From Rhodospirillales bacterium (GTDB taxonomy: Bacteria > Pseudomonadota > Alphaproteobacteria > Rhodospirillales > Shumkoniaceae): a stretch of DNA of 64,000 bases. The notes beneath the pieces are model-generated. The model did no database searches. It saw nothing but the letters and a program-made list of their open reading frames with translations, and was not told the origin of the DNA. Each line of letters starts with the position of its first letter. Position 1 is the stretch's first letter. This document shows, one piece after another, positions 51,058 through 61,797 of this stretch. A program made the translations under genes and the position numbers. Where the stretch lies: positions 4,463 through 68,462 of the forward strand of contig JAHDSF010000047.1 in NCBI GenBank assembly GCA_018432935.1, given 5' to 3'.

Positions 51058-52539
51058 TCAGCCCTCCGTCACGAATTCGGGCAGGGCGGAGAAGCCGGCT
51101 GCCTGTTCGAGGACCTCGCCGACCCGCAGGACGGTCTCCTCGTCGAACGGGCGGCCGATCACCTGCAGGCCGAGCGGCAGCCCCTGCGCGCCCAGGCCCG
51201 CGGGCACCGATAGGCCCGGCAGGCCGGCCAGGCTGGTCGGCACCGTGAACACGTCATTGAGGTACATCGTGATCGGATCGTCGCTCTTCTCGCCGATGCC
51301 GAAGGCCGGGGTCGGCGCGGTCGGCGTCAGCAGGGCGTCGACCGCCTCGAACGCCTTCTCGAAGTCGCGGGCGATCAGCGCCCGGACCCGCTGCGCCTTC
51401 TTGTAGTAGGCGTCGTAGTAGCCCGCCGACAGCACGTAGGTGCCGATCAGGATGCGGCGCCGCACCTCGGCCCCGAAACCCTGTCCTCGCGTGTTCTCGT
51501 ACATCTCGTCCAGCGATTCGCCGGGCACCCGAAGCCCGTAGCGCACGCCGTCGTAGCGAGCGAGGTTCGAGGACGCCTCGGCGGGGGCGATGATGTAGTA
51601 GGTGGCGAGCGCGTACCTGGTGTGCGGCAGGCTGACCTCGACGATCTCGGCGCCGGCCTCGCGCAGCCATTGCGCCCCCTGCTCCCACAGGGCGGCGATC
51701 TCGCCCGACATGCCGTCCATGCGATACTCGGCGGGGATGCCGATCTTCAGGCCCTTGACGCTGCCGCCCGGCGCGGCGGCGAAGTCCGGCGTCTCGATCG
51801 GGGCCGAGGTGGAATCCCTGGGATCGTGGCCGCACATCGGCGTCAGCATCAGCGCGCAGTCGCGCACCGTGCGGGCCATCGGCCCCGCCTGGTCGAGGGA
51901 CGAGGCGAAGGCGACGATGCCCCAGCGCGAGCAGCGGCCGTAGGTCGGCTTGATGCCGGCGATGCCGCAGAAGGCGGCCGGCTGGCGGATCGAGCCGCCG
52001 GTGTCGGTGCCGGTGGCGCCCATGACGATGCGCGCCGCCACCGCCGCCGCCGAGCCGCCCGACGAGCCGCCCGGCACCAGATCCTTGCCGGCGCTGCCGC
52101 GCCACGGGTTCTTCACCGGCCCGTAGTGGCTGGTGGTGTTCGAGGACCCCATCGCGAACTGGTCGAGGTTGGCCTTGCCGAGCATCACCGCGCCGGCGTC
52201 GCGCAGCTTCGCCGAAACCGTCGATTCGTAGGGCGGCTTGAAGCCGTCGAGGATATGGGATGCGGCGGTGGTCAGCACGCCCTCGGTGCAGAACAGGTCC
52301 TTGACCGCGATCGGGATGCCGTCCAGGGGGCCCCGGGTTTCGCCCTTGGCGCGGCGGCCGTCGGAGGCCCTGGCGCGCTCGCGGGCAATGTCCGGGGTCT
52401 CGGTGATGAAGCAGTTGAGGGCGCGCGCCTTCTCGATGGCGGCGATGTGCGCCTCGGTCAGCTCGAGCGCTGAGAAGTCGCCGCGGCCGAGCCCGGCGGC
52501 CGCCTCGGCGATGGTCATGCGGGTGAGATCGGTCGTCAT
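51058..52539 (-). CDS. gatA: Glutamyl-tRNA(Gln) amidotransferase subunit A
   Basis: Uses an internal ATG of ORF 51058..52611 ([14 protein letters not shown]...). Amidase signature [13 protein letters not shown]...[12 protein letters not shown]. The start overlaps the gatC stop (ATGA). Confidence 0.95.
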   Translation of the reverse strand: MTTDLTRMTIAEAAAGLGRGDFSALELTEAHIAAIEKARALNCFITETPDIARERARASDGRRAKGETRGPLDGIPIAVKDLFCTEGVLTTAASHILDGFKPPYESTVSAKLRDAGAVMLGKANLDQFAMGSSNTTSHYGPVKNPWRGSAGKDLVPGGSSGGSAAAVAARIVMGATGTDTGGSIRQPAAFCGIAGIKPTYGRCSRWGIVAFASSLDQAGPMARTVRDCALMLTPMCGHDPRDSTSAPIETPDFAAAPGGSVKGLKIGIPAEYRMDGMSGEIAALWEQGAQWLREAGAEIVEVSLPHTRYALATYYIIAPAEASSNLARYDGVRYGLRVPGESLDEMYENTRGQGFGAEVRRRILIGTYVLSAGYYDAYYKKAQRVRALIARDFEKAFEAVDALLTPTAPTPAFGIGEKSDDPITMYLNDVFTVPTSLAGLPGLSVPAGLGAQGLPLGLQVIGRPFDEETVLRVGEVLEQAAGFSALPEFVTEG

Positions 52540-52823
52540 TCCACCACCTTCGGCACCGCAAAGAAGCCGCCGACCCGATCGGGGGCGTTGGCCAGCACCT
52601 TGCCCCGGCAATCGCCGTCCGTGACCTTGTCCTCACGCTGGTAGAGGGTCATTTCGGAGACGCTGTAGATCGGCTGTACGCCTTCGGTTTCGACCTCGTT
52701 GAGCTGCTCGACCCAGCCGATGATATGGCTGAGCTCCTTGGCCAGGCTTTCCAGCTCGGCGTCGGGAACCTTGATCCGGGCCAGGAAGGCGATCTGCCTG
52801 ACGGCGGCGATGTCCAAAGCCAT
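52536..52823 (-). CDS. gatC: Glutamyl-tRNA(Gln) amidotransferase subunit C
   Basis: C-terminal 95 aa of ORF 52536..52991 ([25 protein letters not shown]...REDKV...). Typical GatC size and motifs. Confidence 0.9.
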   Translation of the reverse strand: MALDIAAVRQIAFLARIKVPDAELESLAKELSHIIGWVEQLNEVETEGVQPIYSVSEMTLYQREDKVTDGDCRGKVLANAPDRVGGFFAVPKVVE

Positions 52824-53009
52824 GACGGGCCTTTCCGCTGTTCGGGCCTGCGGGGATGCGGGAATCTCTACGGAACGGGGCGCGAAGGTAACATCCGACT
52901 CCGGGGCTGGCAAGGCGCGGTGGCGGCGGTCGTGCGCGGGAAACGCTTTGTCCGTCCCTCGGCAGCGTGTACTGTCAATCAGGAAATGCAACCGTTCGGG
53001 GAGGAAGCC

Positions 53010-54146
53010 TTGTCAACCGGCATGGAACCAGCGGTCGGGCGGATTGCCGCGCTCGACGTCGCCCGCCTGTACGGCATCGTCCTCGTCTACTACGGCCACG
53101 TGATCGAGCGGCTGATGTACCTCGGCAACCCCGCGGCGGCGCTCCAGTACAAATTCATCTATTCCTTCCACATGCCGCTGTTCTTCGTGCTTGCCGGCTG
53201 CGTCGCCAGGGACTGGGGCGCCACCATGACGCCGGCGGCGTTCGCCCGCTCGCGGCTGATGTCGCGGATCGTTCCGCTGCTCGCCTTCAACGCCCTGCTG
53301 GCGGCCCTCAGCCTGGTCGCGCCGCGCGACTTCCCGCCGGTCCCGCTCGCCACCGCCGCCGACTACGGCAACGCCGCCGTCGGTACGCTGATAGGGCTGC
53401 CGGTGTTCAATATTCCGACCTGGTTCCTGATGTGCCTGGTCTCGGTCGAGGTTGTTCACTACGCGGTGTTCCGATTCCTGCGCGCTTCGGATGTCAGGAT
53501 CGTCGCCGCCATCGTCGGCTTCTACGTCGCAGGCTACCTGCTGAACCGCGAGATCGAACTGTTCGCCGGCGGCGACTTCGGCCGTCCCAGCTGGTGGTTC
53601 ATGAACGAGGCGATCGTCGTCTACGCCTTCTACCTGCTGGGGGTCATGATCCGCAGGCGGAACGTTCTCGCACGGCCTGCGACACCGCTCGCCGTGACGG
53701 CGGTGGCGGCCGCCGCGATCGCACTGGTCGCCCTCACCTACGACCTCAACACCGGCCCGTTCCGCCTGATTCCGGCGGTCGTCATCCTGGTTTCCGGGCA
53801 CGGCCACATGCTGTGGTTCCCGTTGACCGCCGCGGCGGGCAGTATCGCGGTGCTGGCCCTGGCGAGGCTGTCGCCGCCCGCCGCCTGGATGATCTGGATG
53901 GGCCGCAACGCCCTGATCCTGTTCTGCCTGAACGGGATCGTCTACCACCACCTAAATGGGCCGCTGGCCCAGGCCTTCGCGTCGGCCGCGCCGGCAAGCG
54001 GCTGGGTGGTGCTGCTCTACGGGGTTGCGGTGACCGCGGCCAGCCTGGCTGTCGCTGCGCCGCTGGTCCTGCTGCTCAACCGCTGGGTTCCCCAACTGGT
54101 CGGCCGCCCCTCGGTCGAGGGACCGCTCATGCCCCGACTGCTGTGA
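53010..54146 (+). CDS. Acyltransferase family 3 (membrane O-acyltransferase)
   Basis: ORF 52725..54146 with about 10 TM helices and N-terminal RIAALDVARLYGIVLVYYGHV. Preferred start is TTG 53010, preceded by GGAGGAAG. Alternative ATGs lie at 52986 and 53022. Confidence 0.75.
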   Translation: MSTGMEPAVGRIAALDVARLYGIVLVYYGHVIERLMYLGNPAAALQYKFIYSFHMPLFFVLAGCVARDWGATMTPAAFARSRLMSRIVPLLAFNALLAALSLVAPRDFPPVPLATAADYGNAAVGTLIGLPVFNIPTWFLMCLVSVEVVHYAVFRFLRASDVRIVAAIVGFYVAGYLLNREIELFAGGDFGRPSWWFMNEAIVVYAFYLLGVMIRRRNVLARPATPLAVTAVAAAAIALVALTYDLNTGPFRLIPAVVILVSGHGHMLWFPLTAAAGSIAVLALARLSPPAAWMIWMGRNALILFCLNGIVYHHLNGPLAQAFASAAPASGWVVLLYGVAVTAASLAVAAPLVLLLNRWVPQLVGRPSVEGPLMPRLL

Positions 54147-54169
54147 ACCAGGACACCCCGGACGGCAAA

Positions 54170-54189
54170 GGCCCGCTCGGCGGCGGGCC
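54170..54189 (-). terminator. Likely trxA terminator
   Basis: GGCCCGC-6 nt-GCGGGCC, followed on the minus strand by TTTGCC. Confidence 0.45.
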
Positions 54190-54219
54190 TCCGCAAATCC
54201 CAGAAAGGGGACGCCGCCT

Positions 54220-54537
54220 CTACAGCGACGATTCGACCCACTCGTACAGCTTGCTCTTGGGCAGGGCGCCGATCTTGGTCGCCTTGACCTCGCCGTCCTT
54301 GAACAGCATCAGGGTGGGGATGCCGCGCACGCCGTACTTCGAGGGAGTTGCCGGGTTGTTGTCGATGTTGACCTTGGCCACGGTTACGCGGTCGCCCATG
54401 TCGGCGGCCAGATCCTCGAGCGCAGGGGCGATCTGCTTGCAGGGTCCGCACCACTCGGCCCAGAAATCGACCAGGACCGGCTTCGTCGACTTGAGAACCT
54501 GGGTCTCGAAGGAGTCGTCGCTGACCTGTATCGGCAT
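54220..54537 (-). CDS. trxA: Thioredoxin
   Basis: 105-aa ORF with WAEWCGPCK active site and GIPTLMLFK. Confidence 0.95.
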   Translation of the reverse strand: MPIQVSDDSFETQVLKSTKPVLVDFWAEWCGPCKQIAPALEDLAADMGDRVTVAKVNIDNNPATPSKYGVRGIPTLMLFKDGEVKATKIGALPKSKLYEWVESSL

Positions 54538-54615
54538 CGTTGCTTTCCGCTTCTGTGGTCGATCGGGCGCCCGGGAGCCGGGGTCAGCAAAAGGTAGGCC
54601 GGCGCCGTCGGGGCG

Positions 54616-57600
54616 TCAAGGCACGTGGGAATCGAGCAGGGAATCCGCCAGTTCCATCAATCTCGGCCCATCGGTCCACAGCAGCAGGCAGCGCACCCGC
54701 CGGCCCGGATAGATCGCTCTCAGCGCCGCCCGATAGGCGGCCATCTGGCGCAGGTAGACCGGCGGCACCCGGGCCGCGTCGCGGGGCGGCGGCCGGTTGG
54801 TCTTGTAGTCGATCACCATCACCTCGGCCTCGTCCGCCAGCAGGCGGTCGACCCGCGCCGACAACGCCTTGCCGCCGACAAGGCCGGCGATCGCCGCCTC
54901 GGCGCGACTGCCCGGCCCGAACAAAGCCGCGTACTCGGGGTGCTCGAGCACCGCCAGGGTCTCGTTCGCCAGCGCCGCCTGCTCGAGCGGCAGCAGGCCG
55001 TGGGCCGGCCGTGCGAGGTAGGCGCTCGCGGCGGCGCGGCGACGCTCCGCCGGCAGCTCGGGCAGGGTCTGCAGCAGGCGATGGACCAGCGCGCCACGGC
55101 GGAACCGGGCGCCGTCGCCGCCGTCCAGCGGCGACACCACCGGCGGCTCGCCGTCGCCGGGCCGCGACGGTGCGAGCGGTCGCGGCGGGTCGGGCTCCGA
55201 CGGCGGCGGCCGGAACGCCCACTCCGGCAGCGCCGGCGAAGCCTCTCCAGCCGGCTCGGCCTTCGTTCCGGATGCGGCACGGTCTCCCAGGCGCAGGCGC
55301 AGCACGCGCGCCCCCTCGGCCTCGGGCGCGGCGGCGAGGAACGGATCCTCGAGCGTTTCGGCGATCCCGGCCAGGCCGTCGCGCAGCAGGTGGTACCAGC
55401 AGCCTTCCGGCGCCTGCTTCCTGGTTTCCCACCCGCACGCGTAGAGGCGATCCTCAGCCCGCGTCATGGCGACGTACAGCAGGCGGCGGTACTCGTCGTC
55501 GGCCGCGCGCTTCAGCCGCTCGCGCTCGGCCAGCGCGCGCTCCTCGCAGAAGGCCCGGCGCGGTGGCCACAGCAGCACCTCGCGTCCCCCGGCGTCGCGC
55601 GGCCACAACAGGCCGCCCGGCGGCCGCGGCGCCTGCAGCGTGTCGGGCAGGATGACGATCGGCGCCTGCAGCCCCTTGGCGCCGTGCACCGTCAGGATGC
55701 GCACCGCATCGCCGGCGCCCTGCTCGAGGTCGCGCTTGATCTCGACGTCGCCCGCCTGCAGCCAGCGCAGGAAACCCTGCAGCGAGGCGACGTGGCCGCG
55801 CTCGTAGGCCAGCGCCAGGTCCATGAACACGGCCAGCGGGTCGGCGGCGTCCGGGCCCAGCCTGGCGAGCAGCCGCTCGCGCCCGCGCAACGGCCCCAGC
55901 ACGTGCGAGAACAGCTCGAACGGCGGCACCTGGTCGACCCGGGCCAGCAGCCCCGACAGCAGCGTCGCCGCGCGTTCCCAGCCCGGCGCCTCGCCGGCGC
56001 GGCGGCGCAGCTCGGCCCACAGGCTGCCGGAACGGCCGTTGGCAAGGCGGAACAGATCGTCCTCGTCCAGCCCCGCCAAAGGCCCCTTGAGCACCGTCGC
56101 CAGCGTCAGGTCGTCCTCGGGCAGCAGCAGGAAGCCGGCCAGCGCCATCAGGTCCATCACCGCAAGCTGCTCGGTCAGCGCCATGCGGTCGACCCCGGCC
56201 ACCGGCACCTCGAACTCCTTGAGCGCCCGCACCAGCGCGGCGACGAAGGCTGTGCGGCGGCGGACCAGCACCATGACGTCGCCGGCGCGCACCGTGCGGG
56301 CTCGCGCTTCCAGCCTTTCGACGCCAAGCCAGGAGTGGATGCGGCGGGCCACCAGGCGGGCGAGGCGGAGCTGCGGCGAATCCCCGGGCACCCGCTCGAC
56401 CGGCGGCTTCCAGGGCGGCGGCGCGTCGGTCTCGCGCGGCGCCACCGCGGGCCAGATCTCGACCAGTCCCGGCTGGCCGCGGCGCTGTGCGCGATGCCGG
56501 ATCGCCGCCCCGTCGAGGTCGACCCCGCGCGCCGCGGCGGCACTGCCGAACACCGCGTCGACGGCCGCCAGCACCGCCTCGGTGGAACGGAACGACACGT
56601 CGAGCGCGACCTGGCGCCATTCCAGCCCGGCGGCAGGCACCGCCTTGGCGAAATGGTCGCGCATGCGGCGGAAGGCTTCCGGGTCGGCACGCTGGAAACT
56701 GTAGATCGACTGCTTGACGTCGCCGACCGCGAACACCGTGCGCACGACCTCGCGGGCCCCCTCCCCGGCGAAGAACTCGCCGGCCAGCGCTTCGACGATG
56801 CGCCACTGCTCTGGGTTGGTGTCCTGGGCCTCGTCGATCAGGATGTGGTCGATGCCGCCGTCGAGCTTGAACAGCACCCAGGCGGCGACGTCGCGCCGGG
56901 TCAACAGCCGCAGCGTCTCCAGGATCAGATCGTCGTAGTCGAGGCGGGCGAGAGCCGCCTTCTCCGCCGCATATTCGGCGAGCAGCGCCTCGCCCAGCGC
57001 CAGCAGTCCGGCGGTGGCGCTCGCGGTGACGGCGGCGCGGCAACGGGAATCCAGCGCCTTCAGCCGCTCCGCCTCGCGCTGCAGGACCTCCTGGGCGCCG
57101 GGCATCGCCGCCGCCAGCGCCTTGGTGACGAGCCGCTTGCGCACCTCGCCATCGGCGGTGAGGAAGCATTGCCGGTAAGACCCGATGGTCGCCGCCCGCG
57201 CCGCCGGCGCCGCCGCCAGCCAGCCGGCAAGGGTGACGGCGCGGGCGCCCTCGCCGTCGCCGGTGGCCTCCAAGGCGCGCACCACCGCCCGCAGCCCGGC
57301 GCCGTCGAAGGCGTCTTCTTCGCAAGCGGCGGCGGTCAGGCCTGCGGGATCGGCCCCCGAAGGCAGACCTAGGCAGGCCTCGACCGCGGCCACGGCCCCG
57401 GCGACGCCACGATGGCTCTCGATGAAGCGGCGCAGGCGGCCGCGGTCGGCGGCCAGCGCGGCCACCACCTCGGCAAAACCGGATTCGCCGATGTGAGCGG
57501 TGATTCTCTCCAGCGCCACCGCCAGCGGGCCGCCACCCGCGCGATCGCCCTGGGCGCGGGCGAGCACGCGCCGCCGCGCCACGTCCAGGAGGTCGGCCGC

Positions 57601-58062
57601 GTCGCGCTCGTCGAGCACCGCGAAGTGGGGTGCCACCCCGGCCTCCAGCGGAAAGCGGCCGAGCAGGGACTGGCAGAAGCTGTGGATGGTCTGAATGTGC
57701 ATGCCGCCCGGCGCATCCAGCACGGAGGCGAACAGCCGGCGGGCGCGGCCGCGTTCCTCGGCGGTGGCGGGCCGGCCGAGCAACCCCGCCAGAGCCGCCT
57801 CCAGGGCGTCGTCCTCGGCCGTGGCCCAGCCGCCCAGGGTGGCAGCGATCCGGTTCGCCATTTCGGCGGCGGCGGCCTTGGTGAAGGTCAGGCACAGGAT
57901 GCGCGACGGCGCGGTGCCCCCCAGCATCAGACGCAACGTGCGGTCCGTCAGCACCTTGGTCTTGCCGGTGCCGGCCGACGCCGCCACCCACACCGAGGCG
58001 GCGGGATCGGACGCCTGCCGCTGCAGCTCCTCGGGGCCGGGGAGGAGGACAAGGTCGTTCAT
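54616..58062 (-). CDS. addA: Double-strand break repair helicase AddA (alphaproteobacterial type)
   Basis: Uses an internal ATG of ORF 54616..58476 (MNDLVLLPGPEELQRQASDP...). UvrD-like Walker A AASAGTGKTKVL and C-terminal PD-(D/E)XK nuclease block VMVIDYKT. Confidence 0.9.
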   Translation of the reverse strand: MNDLVLLPGPEELQRQASDPAASVWVAASAGTGKTKVLTDRTLRLMLGGTAPSRILCLTFTKAAAAEMANRIAATLGGWATAEDDALEAALAGLLGRPATAEERGRARRLFASVLDAPGGMHIQTIHSFCQSLLGRFPLEAGVAPHFAVLDERDAADLLDVARRRVLARAQGDRAGGGPLAVALERITAHIGESGFAEVVAALAADRGRLRRFIESHRGVAGAVAAVEACLGLPSGADPAGLTAAACEEDAFDGAGLRAVVRALEATGDGEGARAVTLAGWLAAAPAARAATIGSYRQCFLTADGEVRKRLVTKALAAAMPGAQEVLQREAERLKALDSRCRAAVTASATAGLLALGEALLAEYAAEKAALARLDYDDLILETLRLLTRRDVAAWVLFKLDGGIDHILIDEAQDTNPEQWRIVEALAGEFFAGEGAREVVRTVFAVGDVKQSIYSFQRADPEAFRRMRDHFAKAVPAAGLEWRQVALDVSFRSTEAVLAAVDAVFGSAAAARGVDLDGAAIRHRAQRRGQPGLVEIWPAVAPRETDAPPPWKPPVERVPGDSPQLRLARLVARRIHSWLGVERLEARARTVRAGDVMVLVRRRTAFVAALVRALKEFEVPVAGVDRMALTEQLAVMDLMALAGFLLLPEDDLTLATVLKGPLAGLDEDDLFRLANGRSGSLWAELRRRAGEAPGWERAATLLSGLLARVDQVPPFELFSHVLGPLRGRERLLARLGPDAADPLAVFMDLALAYERGHVASLQGFLRWLQAGDVEIKRDLEQGAGDAVRILTVHGAKGLQAPIVILPDTLQAPRPPGGLLWPRDAGGREVLLWPPRRAFCEERALAERERLKRAADDEYRRLLYVAMTRAEDRLYACGWETRKQAPEGCWYHLLRDGLAGIAETLEDPFLAAAPEAEGARVLRLRLGDRAASGTKAEPAGEASPALPEWAFRPPPSEPDPPRPLAPSRPGDGEPPVVSPLDGGDGARFRRGALVHRLLQTLPELPAERRRAAASAYLARPAHGLLPLEQAALANETLAVLEHPEYAALFGPGSRAEAAIAGLVGGKALSARVDRLLADEAEVMVIDYKTNRPPPRDAARVPPVYLRQMAAYRAALRAIYPGRRVRCLLLWTDGPRLMELADSLLDSHVP

Positions 58063-58084
58063 CGGCGGCGCTTCCCTTCGTCCC

Positions 58085-61030
58085 TCATCCGTCGCCTTCC
58101 TCGCCGGCGGCCCATTCCTTGATGCGCGCCAGATGCTCGTAATCGCTGTAACGGGGAGCCATGGCGGGCCGCGGCCGAGCCTCGTAGGGGGTGTCCGGGA
58201 AATCGAACCGCGCGACCAGCTCCTTGAGCCCGGCGAGCGCCTGGTCCGCGAGCCCGTTGGGGTCCTCGCCCGCCGGCCTCGCCTCGCCCGCCGGGTCGCC
58301 GCCCTTGAGGCGCCAGAACTCCAGCGCCGCGACCGGGCTGCGCGGCACGCCAGGGAAGCCGCCGGCGGCGGCGATCGCCGCCTCCAGCGGCAGCTGCGGC
58401 GCGAACCCGGCGGCGATCTCGATGGCTGAGGGCGGGATGCCCGTTTTGTAGTCGAGGATGGCGATCGAGCCGTCATCGCGCACGTCGATGCGGTCGGCCT
58501 TGGCGGTCAGCGTGAACGACCCCGCCGGCGCGGCGAAGCTAGTCTCGCCCCTGATCTCGGTCAGGATACGCGCCACGCCCTGCCGCCGGCTGCGCTCGGC
58601 CTCGATCACCCAGGCGGCAATGCGCCGGAAGCGCGGCCACCAGAAGCACCAGATCTCGGGCCGGTCACGGATCTCGGCGAAGCGGGCCTCGCCGCAGGCC
58701 AGCAGGCGCGCCTCGGCGTCCTCGGGCAGCCGGTCCGGGCAGGCGCGCATGAAGTCTTCCAGCGCTCCATGGATGAGGCTGCCGTAGTCGGCCGCGCCGG
58801 GGTCCTGATCGAGCGGGTCGAGGACCGTCAGGCCGAGGATGTGGCGGGCGTAGATGCCGTAGGGGTCCCGCATCCAGGTCTCGACCTGGGTCACCGAAAG
58901 CCGGCGCGGCCGCACCGCGACCGGCGGCCGCGGCGCCGGCCGCAGCGGACGCAGCGACTGCAACGGCGCATCCAGCTTGGCCGCCCACGCCGTCCACGCC
59001 GGATCGGGGCGGAACGCAGCCTCCAGCGGGGTTCCGCGCACCAGGTTCTCGATCCGGGTCAGCCATCGCGACGGCACCGTCGGCGCACCCTCGACCCGGA
59101 CCGCGCGGGTCACCACCACCCGCGGCGCGCAGAACGCCTGCACGAAGTCGTGCGCGGTGAGGCCGATGCGCCGTTCCGGCCGGGTCAGGCCGAAATCGTC
59201 CATCATCGGCCGGCTCATCCACGGGCTCGCCACTGCCTCGGGCGGCCAGGTGCCCTCGTTGAGGCCGCCCAGCACCATCACGTCCGCCTGCTGCAGCCGC
59301 GCCTCCAACAGGCCCCAGACGTGCAGGCGCGGGTGCGTGCCGTAGCGCGGCCGTACCACCCGCCCGGCCGCCAACGCATCCCACAGCGCGGCGTAGCGGC
59401 CCGGCTCGACCTCGGGAAGGAGATCCGCGGCGGCCAGCAGCTCGGCGATGAAGCGCGCCGCCTCCTCGCCGCCGTCCCCCGCCCACAAACGAGCCGGCCC
59501 GTCTTCGGCGTCGCTGGCCGCCAGGGCCTCGGCTGCCGCGACGTGGGCGCGGACCAGCGCGGCAAGCGGCGCCGTCCGCCTGTCGAACGCGGCGGTCAGG
59601 GGCGCCAGCGCCGCCAGCACCCTCTCGACGATGGCCGTCTCGCCGCGAGCTTCGGCCTCTTGGCGCAGGCCCGTTACGCCCGGTCGCGGCCGGCAGCCCC
59701 GCAGCACTCGGGTCTCGAGCTGCCGCACGGCGGCGCGGAAGCGCGCCGGAGCCAGCCCGCACGCCGCCAGCGGATGCTTGAGGCAGGACAGCAGCGGGAC
59801 CGGGGCGAGTGCCAACGCCACCGCGTCGGCCACCAGGCGCAGGAAGCCGCCGGCCGGGGTGCGGGCGAGCGGGCAGCCGGCCGAGTCGTCCACCGCCACG
59901 CCCCAGCGCTCCAGCTCGGCGGCGACGCGGCGGGCAAGGTCGCGGTCGGGGGTCACCAGGGCGGCGGTGCGCCCGGGGTGCTCCAGCGTCTCGCGCAGGA
60001 TCAGCGCGATCGCCGCCGCCTCCTCGTGCGGCCCTTCGCAGTCAAGCCGCGTCAGCCCGCTCGTCGCCGCGTGGTCGACCGCCATTCCCTGCCGCCAGGC
60101 GCCGGTCGCCTCGGCCGGCCGGAGGGCGCGGTGGACCAGGGCGGCGCGCGCCCGCGGCCCGCCGGAGACGCCCGGCGACGGCCACTCGGCAACCGCCGTG
60201 CGATCCACCTCGAGATGCTCCAGCAGGCGCGCCATGCCGTACTGGGGATGACCGGGATCGAGGGTCTGCCACGCCGCGTCGTCCGCCTCGCGATCGAGGC
60301 CCGGCAGCACCACGGCGCCGCGCGGCAGCCGCGCCACCGTCGCCAGCAGATCGGCGGTGGCGGGAATGCTGCCGGTCGAGCCGGCGGCGATAACCGGCGC
60401 CGGCGGCGGATGCTCGCGCCACAGCCGCGCCTGCGCCTCGAGCAGGCGGTTGCGCCGCTCGGCGGCGTCGATGCAGCCCTGCTCGGCCAGGATCTTCGGC
60501 CAGTGTTGGGTGAGGATGGCGAGGAAGGCGAGGGTACGCCGCCAGTGCTCGGCATAGCGATCGGGCACCAGTCCGCGCAGACGGTCGAACGAAAGCCGTT
60601 CGGTGACCACCTGGTCGAGCAGCCGGCCCAGCTCGGCGGCCAGGCGGACCGCCTGGTCGTGCGACACCTCGCGGTCCAGCGCGCGAACCGCCCGGGCCAG
60701 CAGGAGCTGCCGTTGCAGACCCGGAACGGTCGCCGGGAGATCGCCGCCGACCAGACCCTCGAGGGCGGGGTCCGCGGCCGCTTGCAACGTCAGCTCGTCC
60801 TCGTCGACGTCGCCCAGCGGCACCATGCGCGGCAGCAGCAGGGGAGAGCCGCCCGAGCGCCTGAGGAAAGCCTCGGCCAGCGCGCGGGCGGCGCGCCGCG
60901 TCGGCAGCAGGACGGTGTAGGCCGCCAGGGCGTCCGCCCCCTCTCCCGCCTCGGCCCGCAGGCCGGCCGCGAGCGCGTCCACGAACGGGACGCCGGGAGG
61001 GATGGTGAAGACCTTGGCGGCCCCGGTCAT
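58085..61030 (-). CDS. addB: Double-strand break repair protein AddB (alphaproteobacterial type)
   Basis: Uses an internal ATG of ORF 58085..61426 (MTGAAKVFTIPPGVPFVDALA...). C-terminal nuclease block IAILDYKTG. The start overlaps the upstream stop (ATGA at 61027-61030). Confidence 0.9.
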   Translation of the reverse strand: MTGAAKVFTIPPGVPFVDALAAGLRAEAGEGADALAAYTVLLPTRRAARALAEAFLRRSGGSPLLLPRMVPLGDVDEDELTLQAAADPALEGLVGGDLPATVPGLQRQLLLARAVRALDREVSHDQAVRLAAELGRLLDQVVTERLSFDRLRGLVPDRYAEHWRRTLAFLAILTQHWPKILAEQGCIDAAERRNRLLEAQARLWREHPPPAPVIAAGSTGSIPATADLLATVARLPRGAVVLPGLDREADDAAWQTLDPGHPQYGMARLLEHLEVDRTAVAEWPSPGVSGGPRARAALVHRALRPAEATGAWRQGMAVDHAATSGLTRLDCEGPHEEAAAIALILRETLEHPGRTAALVTPDRDLARRVAAELERWGVAVDDSAGCPLARTPAGGFLRLVADAVALALAPVPLLSCLKHPLAACGLAPARFRAAVRQLETRVLRGCRPRPGVTGLRQEAEARGETAIVERVLAALAPLTAAFDRRTAPLAALVRAHVAAAEALAASDAEDGPARLWAGDGGEEAARFIAELLAAADLLPEVEPGRYAALWDALAAGRVVRPRYGTHPRLHVWGLLEARLQQADVMVLGGLNEGTWPPEAVASPWMSRPMMDDFGLTRPERRIGLTAHDFVQAFCAPRVVVTRAVRVEGAPTVPSRWLTRIENLVRGTPLEAAFRPDPAWTAWAAKLDAPLQSLRPLRPAPRPPVAVRPRRLSVTQVETWMRDPYGIYARHILGLTVLDPLDQDPGAADYGSLIHGALEDFMRACPDRLPEDAEARLLACGEARFAEIRDRPEIWCFWWPRFRRIAAWVIEAERSRRQGVARILTEIRGETSFAAPAGSFTLTAKADRIDVRDDGSIAILDYKTGIPPSAIEIAAGFAPQLPLEAAIAAAGGFPGVPRSPVAALEFWRLKGGDPAGEARPAGEDPNGLADQALAGLKELVARFDFPDTPYEARPRPAMAPRYSDYEHLARIKEWAAGEEGDG

Positions 61031-61797
61031 CTCCGCTTCACGCCGGGGTAGTTGACCGACATGTATTCCTCCGCCGTACTCAGGTGCTCGGGAGTGCCGA
61101 CATGGAACCACTCGCCGTCGTGGACGATTCCAAACAGCCGTCCCCGCGCGATCGCCCGGTCGTACATCAGGTTGAGCGAGAAGAAGCCTTCGGTGACGCC
61201 TTCGAAGAGGCGTGGGTGGAGAAGCTGGATGCCGGTGAAAAGATAGGGCGAGACTTCGGCCTCCGGCCGCCGCGACAGCCGTCCGACGGGATCGAGCAGG
61301 AAGTCGCCGAGCCCCTCGTAGCCGTAGGCTTCGACCGTCGAGTGGAGCAGCAGCAGGCCGTCCATCGCCGTGTCGTCCCACATGCCGGCCATGCGCCGCA
61401 GGGTGTCTTCGCGGCCGTTCAGCCACAGGGCGTCACCATTGACGACGTAGAACGGCTCTTCGCCCAGTACCGGCAGGGCCTTGAGCACGCCGCCGCCGGT
61501 CTCGAGAAGCGATTCCTCCTTCGAAACGATCGTCTTCGGAGAGGGGCGGTCCTTCAGGTGGGCCTCGATCATGTCGCCGAGATAGTGGACGTTGACCACC
61601 GCCAGCTCGACGCCGGCATCGTCGAGACGGTCGAGCGCGCGGTCGAGCAGCGAGCGCCCGGCGATCTCGACCAGAGGCTTGGGCCGCTTCTCGGTGATCG
61701 GGCGAAGGCGCAGGCCAAGCCCTGCAGCGAGCACCATCGCCTTTTTCGGATGACAGCCGGCGGAGCGGCCTGCCGTCGCGACGTTTACCTGGGACAA
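61027..61797 (-). CDS. murU: Nucleotidyltransferase family protein (MurU-like N-acetylmuramate-1-phosphate uridylyltransferase)
   Basis: C-terminal part of ORF 61027..62355, with MVLAAGLGLRLRPITEKRPKPLV (GxGxR motif). Preferred start is TTG 61797, preceded by GAGGGGGA. An alternative ATG lies at 61737. Confidence 0.75.
   Translation of the reverse strand: MSQVNVATAGRSAGCHPKKAMVLAAGLGLRLRPITEKRPKPLVEIAGRSLLDRALDRLDDAGVELAVVNVHYLGDMIEAHLKDRPSPKTIVSKEESLLETGGGVLKALPVLGEEPFYVVNGDALWLNGREDTLRRMAGMWDDTAMDGLLLLHSTVEAYGYEGLGDFLLDPVGRLSRRPEAEVSPYLFTGIQLLHPRLFEGVTEGFFSLNLMYDRAIARGRLFGIVHDGEWFHVGTPEHLSTAEEYMSVNYPGVKRR

Noticed and set aside
54625-61051. Plus-strand ORFs of 915 aa (54625..57372) and 760 aa (58769..61051), plus many nested ORFs
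   Set aside because: They are antisense to addA and addB, whose minus-strand translations carry Walker A and PD-(D/E)XK motifs. The plus-strand products are Arg/Gly/Gln/Pro-rich with no domains.
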